64,000 nucleotides of DNA from an uncultured Rhizobium sp. (GTDB taxonomy: Bacteria; Bacteroidota; Bacteroidia; NS11-12g; UBA955), in the NCBI GenBank assembly GCA_964408945.1, contig CAYPBJ010000006.1, positions 7,643-71,642 on the forward strand, written 5' to 3'. The translations under genes were made by a program, and so were the position numbers. Of the stretch, positions 8,064-18,115 are shown piece after piece. Each line of letters opens with the position of its first letter. Position 1 is the stretch's first letter. Under the pieces are notes generated by a model that searched no databases, was not told the DNA's origin, and saw only the letters and a list, made by a program, of their open reading frames with translations.

Positions 8064-8504
8064 ATGCGCGGAAAATTCTTGTTGTTGGTTTGGTTGATGA
8101 TGTTTGCAAAGGTTCAATCGGTGAAAGCTCAGAATGTAGAATTACATAAAAATAATAGAGCCATTTTAGGTGCAGCTATGGCTGTGGGAGCTGGAATCTT
8201 TTTGTTGGAGTCTTTCAAACCGGAGAAAAAGAAAACCATACAGACCGTTGATAGTAATCAATCTATGGCTAAAGTAGATTCAACAGTAGGCTCCCAAAGA
8301 AGTATATCTGAAATATTGAGGTCATCAAGGCAGGCTGCAATCATATCAGTTACTTCAGGAGTTGTTGGAACGGTATTTATAAATTCAGGTAATCTGCCTT
8401 TGGCTCTGGTGTTTACGGGAGTTTCCGCGGTTTCAGGAGTTGTTGCGTGGGTAGAAAAAATCAATTGGGAAAATCAAGTTACAAAAAAACTAGAGCAGCT
8501 ATAG
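8064..8504 (+). CDS. Hypothetical exported/membrane protein (146 aa)
   Basis: The internal ATG at 8064 gives signal peptide MRGKFLLLVWLMMFAKVQSVKAQ. Hydrophobic segments follow (ILGAAMAVGAGIFLL; VVGTVFINSGNLPLALVFTGVSAVSGVVAWV). I recognise no family. The tracked ORF start at 7908 lies across the palindrome and is unlikely. Confidence 0.5.
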   Translation: MRGKFLLLVWLMMFAKVQSVKAQNVELHKNNRAILGAAMAVGAGIFLLESFKPEKKKTIQTVDSNQSMAKVDSTVGSQRSISEILRSSRQAAIISVTSGVVGTVFINSGNLPLALVFTGVSAVSGVVAWVEKINWENQVTKKLEQL

Positions 8505-8702
8505 ATTTTTAAGTTCGCACAATCGCGGAACATATTTGAATTGAAACATTTGTTGGCACAAGTGTTCTTGTGTTTGGTTCATGTATTGTTTAATTTTAGT
8601 TTTGGCCTTGTCATTTTTTGAAATAAAATTGTCTTTACTCAATTCGTTACAAGATCAATCTCTAAACTTACCTGCTGTATCTACAGTATTTGTGAGTTGG
8701 AG

Positions 8703-10826
8703 ATGAGATTTATTAGTGCATTATTGATATTATTAGTCGTTCAATCGTGTGGCAATCAAGCATCGAAAACGACCCCCGAAACCAAGTTAGACCCCCGTTT
8801 TGATGGAAATCGTCGAATGGTTGCCCTACTTGACAGCCTGATTCAAGTGGCGAGTCCCCAAACCAATTACTTTTTGAGCGGCAAGCGCGCCGCGATAATG
8901 AAGTCTAATCCGCCGCAATTCAGAAGTCAGAGCGAACGATTTAAATGGACATTAGAGTACGCCAATCAGTTGTTGAACAGCGGCGATGCCGAGGGAAGTA
9001 TCCGTGAGATGGAAGCCTTGCTTCAAGAAATTCCTGGAACCCTTGATGATAAAATCAAGATGAAAGGCATCAAACCCCTTTTTGATGCTCTGGCGGTGGC
9101 TTATTTGAGGTTGGGAGAGAACGAAAACTGTGTGTCTGTGCACAACAACAAGAGTTGTATTATTCCGTTTCATCCAGATGCAGTGCATCGCAAAAAAGAC
9201 GGTTCAACCAAGGCGCTGGACATTTTTGGCAAGCTGACAGACGCATATCCCGACGATGTGCAGTCGAGGTGGCTCATGAACATCGCGGCCATGACTTTGG
9301 GTGTTTACCCGAAGGGACTTCCCCCGAAAAAAGTCATAGACTTTAGCGCACAAGACAATCCGGTAGCTGGATTTAAACCTCTAAAGAATATGGCCAAAGA
9401 TTACGGATTGGACGTGAACGGGCTATCGGGCGGGGCGATTATGGAGGATTTTAACAACGACGGAAACTTGGATATCTTTTGCACCTCTTATGGATTGAGC
9501 GATCAGGTGAGATTGTTTTTTAATAATGGCAAAGGCGGATTTTACGAGCAAACCGATTCGGCTCAGTTGACTGGAATCAAGGGTGGATTGAACGCGAAAC
9601 AGGCTGACTATGACAACGACGGAAACATTGATATTCTGTTGCTTAGGGGTGCTTGGTTGGATAAGGGCGGTGAATGGCCAAACAGTTTGCTTCACAACAA
9701 CGGCGATGGAACTTTCAGTGATGTTACTTTTAGTGCGGGTATGGGTAAACGATTTGCGCCCACCGAAACGGCGAGTTGGGCAGACGTGAACAACGATGGT
9801 TGGGTAGATGTTTTTGTGGCCAACGAGAACAATCAGAACAACGATTATCCGTGTGAACTTTTCATTAATAATGGTGATGGAACTTTTACGGATCGCGCGG
9901 AAGAATGGGGAATGGCTAGGAATTTTGGGTACGCCAAGGCGGCTAATTTCTCAGACTTTGATAGAGACGGATGGATGGATCTTTTCTTAGGATGTTTAGG
10001 GCAGGAAAACCACCTATTTATGAGTCAGGGAAAGCAAAAGGATGGCTCGATAAGATTTGTTGACAAGGCCAAGGAGGCAGGTGTAACCCATCCAGTTATG
10101 TCGTTTCCAGCCATTGTTACTGATTTTGATCACAACGGTTTTCCAGATATTTTGGTGACGTCATTTCCGATGGATCGCTTGGACTTTTTGGCTGAGGATG
10201 TGGGTAAAGAGATGCTAGGAATCTCCACGAAGGTGGAAAAAACACGATTGTTTTTGAATCAGGGCAAAGGGAAGTTCATTGATGCGAGCAAGGCGTGGAA
10301 TATTGATAAAATGATTTTCGCTATGGGTTTGAATTCTGGTGATATCAATAACGACGGATTCATGGACGTTTATGCAGGAACTGGGGCTTTTGCTTTCAGT
10401 ACATTGGTGCCGAATCGCGTGTTCATCAATGACCGCGGTAAGGGCTTCAAAGAGGTGACGTATCAGTCAAGAATGGGGCATTTGCAAAAAGGACACGGTG
10501 TGAGTTTTGGAGACATTGATAATGATGGAGATCAGGATGTTTACATTACTTTAGGTGGTGCTGTGGAAGGCGATTATGCGCACAATGCTTTGTTTATCAA
10601 TGAGAATAAGGTTCACAAGTTTGTGAAGATTAATTTATCAGCGAAGGACCATAAAAACGTGATTGGCACACAAGTGGAACTCACCATTAAGTCGCCGAGA
10701 GGTATCGAAAAGCGATTTTACACGGTAGGTGACGGAGGTAGTTTTGGGGCCAATTCCTTGGGACTGTGCATTGGATATTTGGAAGACGAAGAGTTGGTGG
10801 ATCAGAAGATTATAAATCTGTACTAA
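8703..10826 (+). CDS. CRTAC1/ASPIC-UnbV family lipoprotein with FG-GAP/VCBS repeats
   Basis: Lipobox VVQSC. Seven repeats of the type D(F/Y/V/I)(N/D)xDGxxD(I/V/L)(F/L/Y) are present (FNNDGNLDIF, DYDNDGNIDIL, DVNNDGWVDVF, DFDRDGWMDLF, DFDHNGFPDIL, DINNDGFMDVY, DIDNDGDQDVY). The C-terminus is UnbV/ASPIC-like (NVIGTQVEL...GGSFGANSLGLCIG). Start is placed at the ATG two codons after the tracked TTG. Confidence 0.8.
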   Translation: MRFISALLILLVVQSCGNQASKTTPETKLDPRFDGNRRMVALLDSLIQVASPQTNYFLSGKRAAIMKSNPPQFRSQSERFKWTLEYANQLLNSGDAEGSIREMEALLQEIPGTLDDKIKMKGIKPLFDALAVAYLRLGENENCVSVHNNKSCIIPFHPDAVHRKKDGSTKALDIFGKLTDAYPDDVQSRWLMNIAAMTLGVYPKGLPPKKVIDFSAQDNPVAGFKPLKNMAKDYGLDVNGLSGGAIMEDFNNDGNLDIFCTSYGLSDQVRLFFNNGKGGFYEQTDSAQLTGIKGGLNAKQADYDNDGNIDILLLRGAWLDKGGEWPNSLLHNNGDGTFSDVTFSAGMGKRFAPTETASWADVNNDGWVDVFVANENNQNNDYPCELFINNGDGTFTDRAEEWGMARNFGYAKAANFSDFDRDGWMDLFLGCLGQENHLFMSQGKQKDGSIRFVDKAKEAGVTHPVMSFPAIVTDFDHNGFPDILVTSFPMDRLDFLAEDVGKEMLGISTKVEKTRLFLNQGKGKFIDASKAWNIDKMIFAMGLNSGDINNDGFMDVYAGTGAFAFSTLVPNRVFINDRGKGFKEVTYQSRMGHLQKGHGVSFGDIDNDGDQDVYITLGGAVEGDYAHNALFINENKVHKFVKINLSAKDHKNVIGTQVELTIKSPRGIEKRFYTVGDGGSFGANSLGLCIGYLEDEELVDQKIINLY

Positions 10827-10860
10827 AAAAAAGCCCAAGGCTTAAAACCCTGGGCTTTCT
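10824..10860. terminator. Bidirectional intrinsic terminator between convergent genes
   Basis: AAAAAAAAGCCCAagg-cttaaaac-ccTGGGCTTTCT. A GC-rich stem is flanked by an A-run and a T-rich run. Confidence 0.7.
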
Positions 10861-10881
10861 CTGTTATAGTATTTGCAAAAA

Positions 10882-11325
10882 TTACTTACGTTTACCTGTT
10901 ATTTCTTGGTACCATTTGGTGCCTTCTTCGTATTCGTTCACGGTTAATTTAACATCGGTAGCTGATAAGGTTTCGATTTTTAATTCATCAGCATCCATCA
11001 TGTCAGGGGTTTCTGCAACTTTTAAGGTTTTATTTGTTACAGTATAGTAACTGGTGTCAACCTCAATATCCGATCCATCTTTTTGAGTAGAAATGACCAT
11101 GTTGTTGGATTTGAAATCCAATGTAAAATCACCAGCTGCATAGATTGAAGTATCACCAAAAAGCAAGGTGTTGGTTGCTGAATCTGACATGGTGAACAAT
11201 ACTTTGTTGATTTCCCAAGTACCTACAATGGATGGGTCTACTGGAGCTGCCTCGTCTTCGCAAGACGTTCCGAATGCTACCAATGCAAATGCAAAAACAG
11301 ATAGTTTTAATAGATTTTTTCTCAT
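10882..11325 (-). CDS. Lipocalin-like lipoprotein
   Basis: Lipobox FGTSC. The motif GTWEI directly follows the linker, and the protein is beta-rich and small, typical of the Lipocalin_4-type domain. Confidence 0.6.
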   Translation of the reverse strand: MRKNLLKLSVFAFALVAFGTSCEDEAAPVDPSIVGTWEINKVLFTMSDSATNTLLFGDTSIYAAGDFTLDFKSNNMVISTQKDGSDIEVDTSYYTVTNKTLKVAETPDMMDADELKIETLSATDVKLTVNEYEEGTKWYQEITGKRK

Positions 11326-11328
11326 AGA

Positions 11329-12834
11329 TTACAAATGTAAGTCTTTTGAAAAGTAGGAATTACAAATTTCGACGATTTCTGACTTTCTTTCGACACTCAT
11401 CTTGTCATAGGTAATGATTAGCATGCCTAGTCTTGGGTTGTGTTGGAGGAATTGTCTGTGCTCGTTCATGAATCGCCAGAAAAGGGCATCCCACAGTTTT
11501 TGCCAAGGTTGTTTGGTTTTAGGATAGTCAGACATTTTAAGGATGTAGTTGCTTCCGGAGAAGTAAGGTTTGCTGACCATCAGTCCGCCATCGGCGAATT
11601 GGGACATGCCGTAAATATTGGGAACCATGACCCAATCGTAGGCATCGATGTAGAGTTCCATAAACCATTTGTACACTTCGTGGGGATGGATTTCGCAGAG
11701 TAAAAAGAAGTTTCCCATAACCATGAGTCGTTCAATATGGTGCGAATAACCGGTTTCAAGGAGGTTTTTAATGACGTTATCTATGGGTTCAATTCCGGTG
11801 GTTCCGTTGTAAAAGGAAGCTGGAATTTGGCGTTGGAAGTTCAGGAAATTGGAGTTTCGTTGTTTGGAACCTTCCCTAATATAGATCATTCTCACAAATT
11901 CGCGCCAACCAATGATTTGCCTAATGAACCCTTCCAGTGCATTCATGGGAAGTGAATTTTTGGAGTGGAATTCTAAGGTGGTTTCAATGACTTCTGTGGG
12001 AGTGATGAGTCCGGCATTGAGCATGGGACTTAATACTGAATGGTAAACAAATCGGGCTTCGGGGTTTTGAGAAAAAGCGTCTTCGAGATCACCAAAAAGA
12101 GGCATCCGGTTTTCAAGAAAGTCTTTTAGGAATTCTCTAGTTTCAGAGGGGGTGGTGGGATAAAACTGCTGACGATTTTTAAAGTAGGTAAGGGTGCCGG
12201 GGTTGTTTGAGAAGTGATTTTCTATATAGTCGCATGCACTTTGAAAATCTGTCTGTGTGGATGGAAATTTGGGCTGTGGGGGGATGTGATTTTTGGGGAA
12301 GCTCTTACGGTTGTCAGCGTCAAACGTGAGTTTGCCACCCAATGGTTTTTGTTGCTCATCCATGAGTATGTTGAGTCGCTTGCGTTGGAAGGAATAGAAG
12401 TCGGTTTGAAAATATCGTTTTTTGGAGTTGAAGAATTCGTGGGCAAGGGATGGCGGAGTCAGAAATGAAGGATTCTCATAGGTGATTAGATCAGTGAGGG
12501 TGCCTTGAAGTCCGAGTTTTAGGTGTTTTGTAAGCCAATCGTCAATTAGGTCAACGGTATGAATTTGGTGGAATTTTTGGCTTAGGTAAGCTGATAAATT
12601 CTTGGCATTTGACAGAGAGTCATGAAACTCAATGTATTGCACTTTATACCCTTTTTGTATGAGGTTTTCAGCGAATCGCTGCATGCTGAGTCTGTGGAAT
12701 GCGAGTTTAATTTTATGAAATTCTAGTTGGGTGAAAAACAAATCACTTTCCACAATAAACCATACATCTACTTTTCCCTCTAGGGGATGTTTTTCAAACA
12801 ATTGATGCGGAAAAACAACACCTGCTGCGCTCAT
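11329..12834 (-). CDS. Cryptochrome/photolyase-family protein of the COG3046 (FeS-BCP/PhrB-CryB-related) type
   Basis: Motifs VVFPHQLF, FHKIKLAFHRLSMQRF, GYSHHIERLMVMGNFFLL, DAYDWVMVPNIYGMSQFADGG and SNYILKMSDY. Start is placed at MSAAG (12834); the tracked ORF extends to 12858. Confidence 0.8.
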   Translation of the reverse strand: MSAAGVVFPHQLFEKHPLEGKVDVWFIVESDLFFTQLEFHKIKLAFHRLSMQRFAENLIQKGYKVQYIEFHDSLSNAKNLSAYLSQKFHQIHTVDLIDDWLTKHLKLGLQGTLTDLITYENPSFLTPPSLAHEFFNSKKRYFQTDFYSFQRKRLNILMDEQQKPLGGKLTFDADNRKSFPKNHIPPQPKFPSTQTDFQSACDYIENHFSNNPGTLTYFKNRQQFYPTTPSETREFLKDFLENRMPLFGDLEDAFSQNPEARFVYHSVLSPMLNAGLITPTEVIETTLEFHSKNSLPMNALEGFIRQIIGWREFVRMIYIREGSKQRNSNFLNFQRQIPASFYNGTTGIEPIDNVIKNLLETGYSHHIERLMVMGNFFLLCEIHPHEVYKWFMELYIDAYDWVMVPNIYGMSQFADGGLMVSKPYFSGSNYILKMSDYPKTKQPWQKLWDALFWRFMNEHRQFLQHNPRLGMLIITYDKMSVERKSEIVEICNSYFSKDLHL

Positions 12835-12902
12835 GCAGAAGCAACAAAAGAAATGCAATTTTGTTTAAACGAATTCTGTTTGTTTACGTCTAACTTTGTG
12901 AT

Positions 12903-15900
12903 ATGTTATCTAGAATTTGGTTAGTGTGTTTGATGGCGTTGATGGTTCATGAAGTGAATGCTCAGAGAGAGGGGTTTTCGGCATCGATTTCGGGTAAGGT
13001 TACGAATAGCGGTGATAACGGTGTTTCTGGGGCAGAGGTACAGATATTTTATTACACTTTGGAGGAGTCGAACGGGTTAACATCCCCCGAAAAAATAAGT
13101 GGCAAAGAACCGATTAAAACATTTAGATCCAACGAAGATGGCAGTTTTGGTGGGGCATTGACCATGGATGATTTTCAAAAATTGAGGGCCATGGGGGGGA
13201 TGCGTGATTTGAAGATGGCGGTGAAGGTGATTAAGGAAGATTTTGCTCAATCGTTCAATTTTGTTGAAGCGATAAGAAATAGGAGTGAAACCGGTTTGCA
13301 GATAATTATACCAACGATAGTTCTTTTCAGATCAGATGAAGCAATAACTGCGGTTGAGATTAAGACACGAGCGGTGGAGATGAAGGGCGATACTACAGAG
13401 ATCAATGCTTCTAATTTCAAGACCAATCCTGATGCTAGTGCTGAAGATTTGGTGAAGAAGATGCCTGGGGTTACCTCGAATAACGGAGAGGTTGAAGCTC
13501 AAGGGGAGAAGGTGAAGCGGGTTTTGATAGATGGGAAGCCTTATTTTGGAGATGATCCAAAAGCGGCGTTGAAAAATGTTCCGGCAGATGTGATTTCAAA
13601 GGTTCAGATTTTTGATGCGCAATCAGAGCGAAGTGCATTTACCGGTTTTGATGATGGAAATACCACCAAAACTATGAACATCATTACAAAAATGGGCTTC
13701 AAGAAGGGAAGATTTGGTAAGTTTTACGGAGGATTGGGCAGGAGCATTGATGGAACAGGCGACTTGTTGAAGTACCAAGCTGGGGCCACTTACAATACGT
13801 TTAACGGAGACAGAAGATGGTCTTTGTTGTTTCAAACCAACAACATCAATGAGCAAAATTTTGCCGTGGAAGACATCATGGGTGCTTTGGGCATGGGCGG
13901 AGGAAACAGAGGAGGAGGAATGGGAATGTTCAGGGGAGCAGGCAATTTTTTTTCTGGTACACAAACCGGGGTTGTGACCACAGCCATGTTGGGATTGAAC
14001 TATGCTGACAAATGGAGTAAGAAGTTGGATGTAAGCGGAAGTTATTTTTTAAGCGCCACAGAAAATCTCAGCGAAAGCAACACTGAACGTTGGTTTGTAT
14101 CGGGCTCACAGAGTAACGTGACGTATTTAGAAAACAATTCTAATATTAATCGTCAATTAAATCATCGATTGAACGGCCGAATTACTTGGGATGTTGACAG
14201 CGTGAACAAGGTTTTTATCACTCCCAGAATGACTTTGCAACAATCAAATAATAACGGAAGCATTGCAGGAAACAGCTTTGTTTATGGTGCTTTAGGTAGT
14301 GTTGATTTATTATCGGCCATGAATAATTTGAATGGCGACACGGGGCTAGGGTACAATTTACAGGCAGGATTCGAGTGGTTGCACGCTATAAAGAGTAAAA
14401 AGGGCAGATCTATCAGTTTGGAGGTAACTCCAGGAATCAACAACGGCTTTAATTTGGGCAATTTGAATTACATCAATGCTGCTTCTGGATTGGGAGGGTT
14501 TTTAGATACATCGGTGAGAGCACAACAGACCCAATCTGGTAAAAATAGAATGAGTTTGTCGGCAGAATTGGAATACACTGAGCCTTTGGATTCTTTTAGA
14601 AGCTTGTCTTTTGAATATCAATTGAATGTGAATCAAAACAGCAGTGAACGTTTGAATTACCTGAGGAATGGCGTGACCGGAGAGTGGAGTGTGTTAGATA
14701 CCTTATTATCTTCAAAATTAATCAATGGTTATTCAAGGCAGGCTTTAGGTGGTAGATACCAATTTAAGAAGAAGGCTTACGAGTATGATTTTGGTTTCGA
14801 CTTGCAGGTGGCTAATCTCGATGCAACGCAATATTTCCCTCGCGAAATTCCGGTTGTCCGCACTTTTTACAGTTTTTTACCCAGATTTACCTTTAGAAAA
14901 GGCGATTGGCGCAGTTCTAATATGAGGGTATTTTACAGAACCAGCAACAGCGCACCGAGTTTGGAAGACCTACAAGATGTTATTGATAATAGTAATCCAT
15001 TACAATTAAGAACGGGTAATCCAAATTTGGTTCAGGACTTTACTCATAATTTGACATTGAGGTATTTCAAGATGGACATGGCAAAGAATAAGAATTTTTT
15101 TGCGATGCTGATGGGTACAGCAAAGCAAAATGCCATCACTACTTTAACCCAACTTGCGGGAAAAGATGGTAGCACTTATGTAGTGGGTGATTCAACTTTT
15201 TCCTTAAAACCAGGTTCTCAACTTACGCGTCCCATCAATATGAATGGGGCCTACAATGCGCGTTTGGTAGGGAGCTTCGGTAAGCCCTTTTTCAAAGGAA
15301 AGATATTTGCCAATGCCAATGGGGGTATCTCTTATGTAGAGAATCCTTCTATGATTCAAATGGGTACAGCCGATGCTCAAGCAAATATATCCAGAACTCC
15401 TGGGGCTAATTTGGGATTGACTTTGGGGTCAAACATCAGCGAAAGGGTAGATTTTACCTTGGCGGGAAATATAAACTACAGTCAAGTTAGGAACAGCTTA
15501 CAGAACACGTTAGATCAAGATTATTTCATCCAAAATGCATCTTTCAGGGCTAATTTTATGCCCAAAGGGAAGTGGGTGATTTCTTCAGACATCACCTTGC
15601 AGTCATACAGCGGATTGTCGAATTCATTCAACCAGACCTTCTTCTTGTGGAATGCTTCTGTTGGACGAAAATTCGGAAAAAAGAATCAGTGGGACTTCCG
15701 ATTGATGGCATATGATTTATTGAATCAAAACCGCTCAATCACTCGAAACGTGACTCAAACCTATTTCGAAGATGTGCGCACCAACGTTTTGACTCGGTAC
15801 GTGATGTTTAATTTGACTTACAATTTGCGCAGTCTTAACGGAAACGAAGCCACAGAAGAGATGAAGAAAATGCGTATGATGATGCCTGTGGGTCCGGGTG

Positions 15901-15932
15901 GACATGGCGGAGGAATTCCTTTTGGGAGGTAA
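12903..15932 (+). CDS. Large outer-membrane beta-barrel protein (CarboxypepD_reg-like N-domain plus TonB-receptor-like plug/barrel)
   Basis: Signal peptide ends ..VNAQ. A plug-like segment is present (LVKKMPGVTS..GE...G...RVLIDGKPYFGDD). Long alternating beta-strand-like sequence ends in MFNLTYNL. Gly/Met-rich inserts are present. Confidence 0.7.
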   Translation: MLSRIWLVCLMALMVHEVNAQREGFSASISGKVTNSGDNGVSGAEVQIFYYTLEESNGLTSPEKISGKEPIKTFRSNEDGSFGGALTMDDFQKLRAMGGMRDLKMAVKVIKEDFAQSFNFVEAIRNRSETGLQIIIPTIVLFRSDEAITAVEIKTRAVEMKGDTTEINASNFKTNPDASAEDLVKKMPGVTSNNGEVEAQGEKVKRVLIDGKPYFGDDPKAALKNVPADVISKVQIFDAQSERSAFTGFDDGNTTKTMNIITKMGFKKGRFGKFYGGLGRSIDGTGDLLKYQAGATYNTFNGDRRWSLLFQTNNINEQNFAVEDIMGALGMGGGNRGGGMGMFRGAGNFFSGTQTGVVTTAMLGLNYADKWSKKLDVSGSYFLSATENLSESNTERWFVSGSQSNVTYLENNSNINRQLNHRLNGRITWDVDSVNKVFITPRMTLQQSNNNGSIAGNSFVYGALGSVDLLSAMNNLNGDTGLGYNLQAGFEWLHAIKSKKGRSISLEVTPGINNGFNLGNLNYINAASGLGGFLDTSVRAQQTQSGKNRMSLSAELEYTEPLDSFRSLSFEYQLNVNQNSSERLNYLRNGVTGEWSVLDTLLSSKLINGYSRQALGGRYQFKKKAYEYDFGFDLQVANLDATQYFPREIPVVRTFYSFLPRFTFRKGDWRSSNMRVFYRTSNSAPSLEDLQDVIDNSNPLQLRTGNPNLVQDFTHNLTLRYFKMDMAKNKNFFAMLMGTAKQNAITTLTQLAGKDGSTYVVGDSTFSLKPGSQLTRPINMNGAYNARLVGSFGKPFFKGKIFANANGGISYVENPSMIQMGTADAQANISRTPGANLGLTLGSNISERVDFTLAGNINYSQVRNSLQNTLDQDYFIQNASFRANFMPKGKWVISSDITLQSYSGLSNSFNQTFFLWNASVGRKFGKKNQWDFRLMAYDLLNQNRSITRNVTQTYFEDVRTNVLTRYVMFNLTYNLRSLNGNEATEEMKKMRMMMPVGPGGHGGGIPFGR

Positions 15933-15938
15933 TTTTCT

Positions 15939-16934
15939 TTACAATTGAATAGACAGACCAACCGATAGAACCTCCTTAAACTGAAGTCTTGGTCCAGATC
16001 TAAGTCCTTCAGGATCAAGGGCAATCATGATATCATCATCATAAATGAAATGAAGAATGAGGGTGGTAGAGATGTATTGATTGATTTTAAGAATTAGAGT
16101 ATTTTCAAAGTCAACGTCAATATTTTCTGGATTGTTCAGGTAATTTGAGAACAGTTCAAGTTTAGACTGAATACCTACGTTTTTCATGATGCGGGGTTCG
16201 TTGTATACTACGCGCATGAACCCTCCGGTTTCCGAACGATGTCTTTTTCCGGTTCCGGGGATGGTTTGAAAGGTAACAGGATCCATTTTTGCTGCTTCGA
16301 CACCGTATGCGCCTTCGTCAGCAAGATCTTGATTTAAAACGAAAGTATTTTTACTAGTCACAGGCCCAATGAATACGCTGAGTTTTTGTGAAGGATTGTA
16401 ATCCATTCCCAAAGATGCAACAACATAACCAGGGGCAAAGAATTGAGAAATGGGTTTTGTATCGGTTTCTGAGTAATAACCGGGTTGGAATTGAGTAGAA
16501 GGCGTGAGAAGGAAGGTGTAAAACCATTTTTCACTGGCTTTTTTACCTACTTTGGTAGTTATTTCTAGTCGGTCATCGTTTTTAAACCACCGCCCGTTTC
16601 TGCCTTGCAAGATCAGTCCATAACCTGCATCGAGGGTGGTTTCCCAAGTCAGATTAGGCGATTGATAAGTTAGATTGAGGTTGAGTGTGGTAGAAAGCGC
16701 AATGGAGTTTTGTCCTCCTCCTTGCCAATTGGAAAATTGACTTTGATTGGTAGAGATATTTGATGTTCCGAAGAACGTCCAAGTACCTAAAGGTGTTTCT
16801 GGAAGTTGTCCTTCAGTTGAGCTATTTGCAATAGAGTCAGTTGCAATTGTTGAATCGGTTTGAGCGAATAGGGGATTGAAAGCGGCGGCGCATCCCCCGA
16901 AAAACAAAAAAAATAGATAATTCTTCAAATTCAT
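15939..16934 (-). CDS. DUF3078-family outer-membrane protein
   Basis: Signal peptide, then the characteristic SNWQGGGQNSIAL motif and a beta-barrel-like alternation. It lies 15 nt downstream of the PorP/SprF gene on the same strand. Confidence 0.65.
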   Translation of the reverse strand: MNLKNYLFFLFFGGCAAAFNPLFAQTDSTIATDSIANSSTEGQLPETPLGTWTFFGTSNISTNQSQFSNWQGGGQNSIALSTTLNLNLTYQSPNLTWETTLDAGYGLILQGRNGRWFKNDDRLEITTKVGKKASEKWFYTFLLTPSTQFQPGYYSETDTKPISQFFAPGYVVASLGMDYNPSQKLSVFIGPVTSKNTFVLNQDLADEGAYGVEAAKMDPVTFQTIPGTGKRHRSETGGFMRVVYNEPRIMKNVGIQSKLELFSNYLNNPENIDVDFENTLILKINQYISTTLILHFIYDDDIMIALDPEGLRSGPRLQFKEVLSVGLSIQL

Positions 16935-16949
16935 GGTATGTTCCTGAAA

Positions 16950-18005
16950 TTACATTTCGGGGAAGGGGTTATACTTTCGGTTCGGTCCGGTGGTGTAGGG
17001 AAAGATAATGAGAGAGAATTCGTGAGTGACAGGAACACCGGTGTTTTTCAGAGAAACGTTCCAATCATTGGAATAAGCGAAGTAGTATTTGTCGTAACGG
17101 GCCCCAAAATAGTAATTTATGCTCCAAGCTTGTTTATCAAACACTTGAGTATTTTGAGCGCCTAATCCAATTCTGAAGTTGGCTCTTTTCGCGTTGAACA
17201 TGATGCTTCTTGATTGAACAGACTCTTGCTTTCCAAGAACGGTTTGTTGTTGGATGAGGTAGTTGAAAGACGGAATGACTTCAGTGCCCGTAGGGGAAGT
17301 GTATATTTTAGTACCCCCTTGAATGCTGAGATTCAGGGGAAGATTTTGAACGCCATCCCCATAAAAGGAGATGTCGGGTTGGTTGATGTTGTAGGCTGAA
17401 AAACCAAGGAAGCCTTTTTTGCCGTAGAACAATGCACCGGCCGATACATGCACTGCGTTTCTGGTGATTTTATTGAGGGGTTCTGAAGTGGGATTCACAA
17501 AACCGGTATTTGCTTGATTGATTTGATCTTCCCAAAGAAATTGATCTTTTCCAAAAGAAAACGAAGAAAACTGAGCGGTCAAACCCAATTTCAATTGGTA
17601 TGCATTGATTTTAATGTCATAAGCGTATGTAAGTGCAGCGGAAAAATGGGAATATTTAGACATTTTATCAGCACCAGAATTGAGGTCAGTTGTAAAGGCG
17701 CTTACTCCCCAGGAGGTATTGTTTTTCTTTACGGGACTATCAAAGGATACGGTTTGGGTATAAAGGCGGTTACTGATTCCTAGCCATTGAGCTTTGGTGC
17801 CAGAAGTAATTCTGCTTGCAGCTTCAGAATTGAGGCTCCCTAAACCCACGAGAGCTGGGTTGGTTAGATGTCGTTGTGCGTAAAGTTGTCTGAATTGAGG
17901 ATTTTGTGCAACTAAAGAATGAAAATTAAATGTTGATGCCAACACCAAAATCAGGTGATAAAATGGGAATTTAGATGGGGAATTAAAACAATTGAATTTC
18001 ATCAA
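16950..18005 (-). CDS. PorP/SprF-family T9SS outer-membrane protein
   Basis: N-terminal family signature AQNPQFRQLYAQRHLTNPALVG, about 350 aa, beta-barrel pattern. Paralogous to the gene at 37893..38849. Confidence 0.85.
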   Translation of the reverse strand: MMKFNCFNSPSKFPFYHLILVLASTFNFHSLVAQNPQFRQLYAQRHLTNPALVGLGSLNSEAASRITSGTKAQWLGISNRLYTQTVSFDSPVKKNNTSWGVSAFTTDLNSGADKMSKYSHFSAALTYAYDIKINAYQLKLGLTAQFSSFSFGKDQFLWEDQINQANTGFVNPTSEPLNKITRNAVHVSAGALFYGKKGFLGFSAYNINQPDISFYGDGVQNLPLNLSIQGGTKIYTSPTGTEVIPSFNYLIQQQTVLGKQESVQSRSIMFNAKRANFRIGLGAQNTQVFDKQAWSINYYFGARYDKYYFAYSNDWNVSLKNTGVPVTHEFSLIIFPYTTGPNRKYNPFPEM

Positions 18006-18115
18006 TGAATTTTCAACAATATTACGGAATATTATTTCCTCAAAAAGTTATTTCGTTAAATATTATATAATGTTAATAGGCTTAAACTTATTGCATCGGC
18101 AAAATTTGCGTAATA

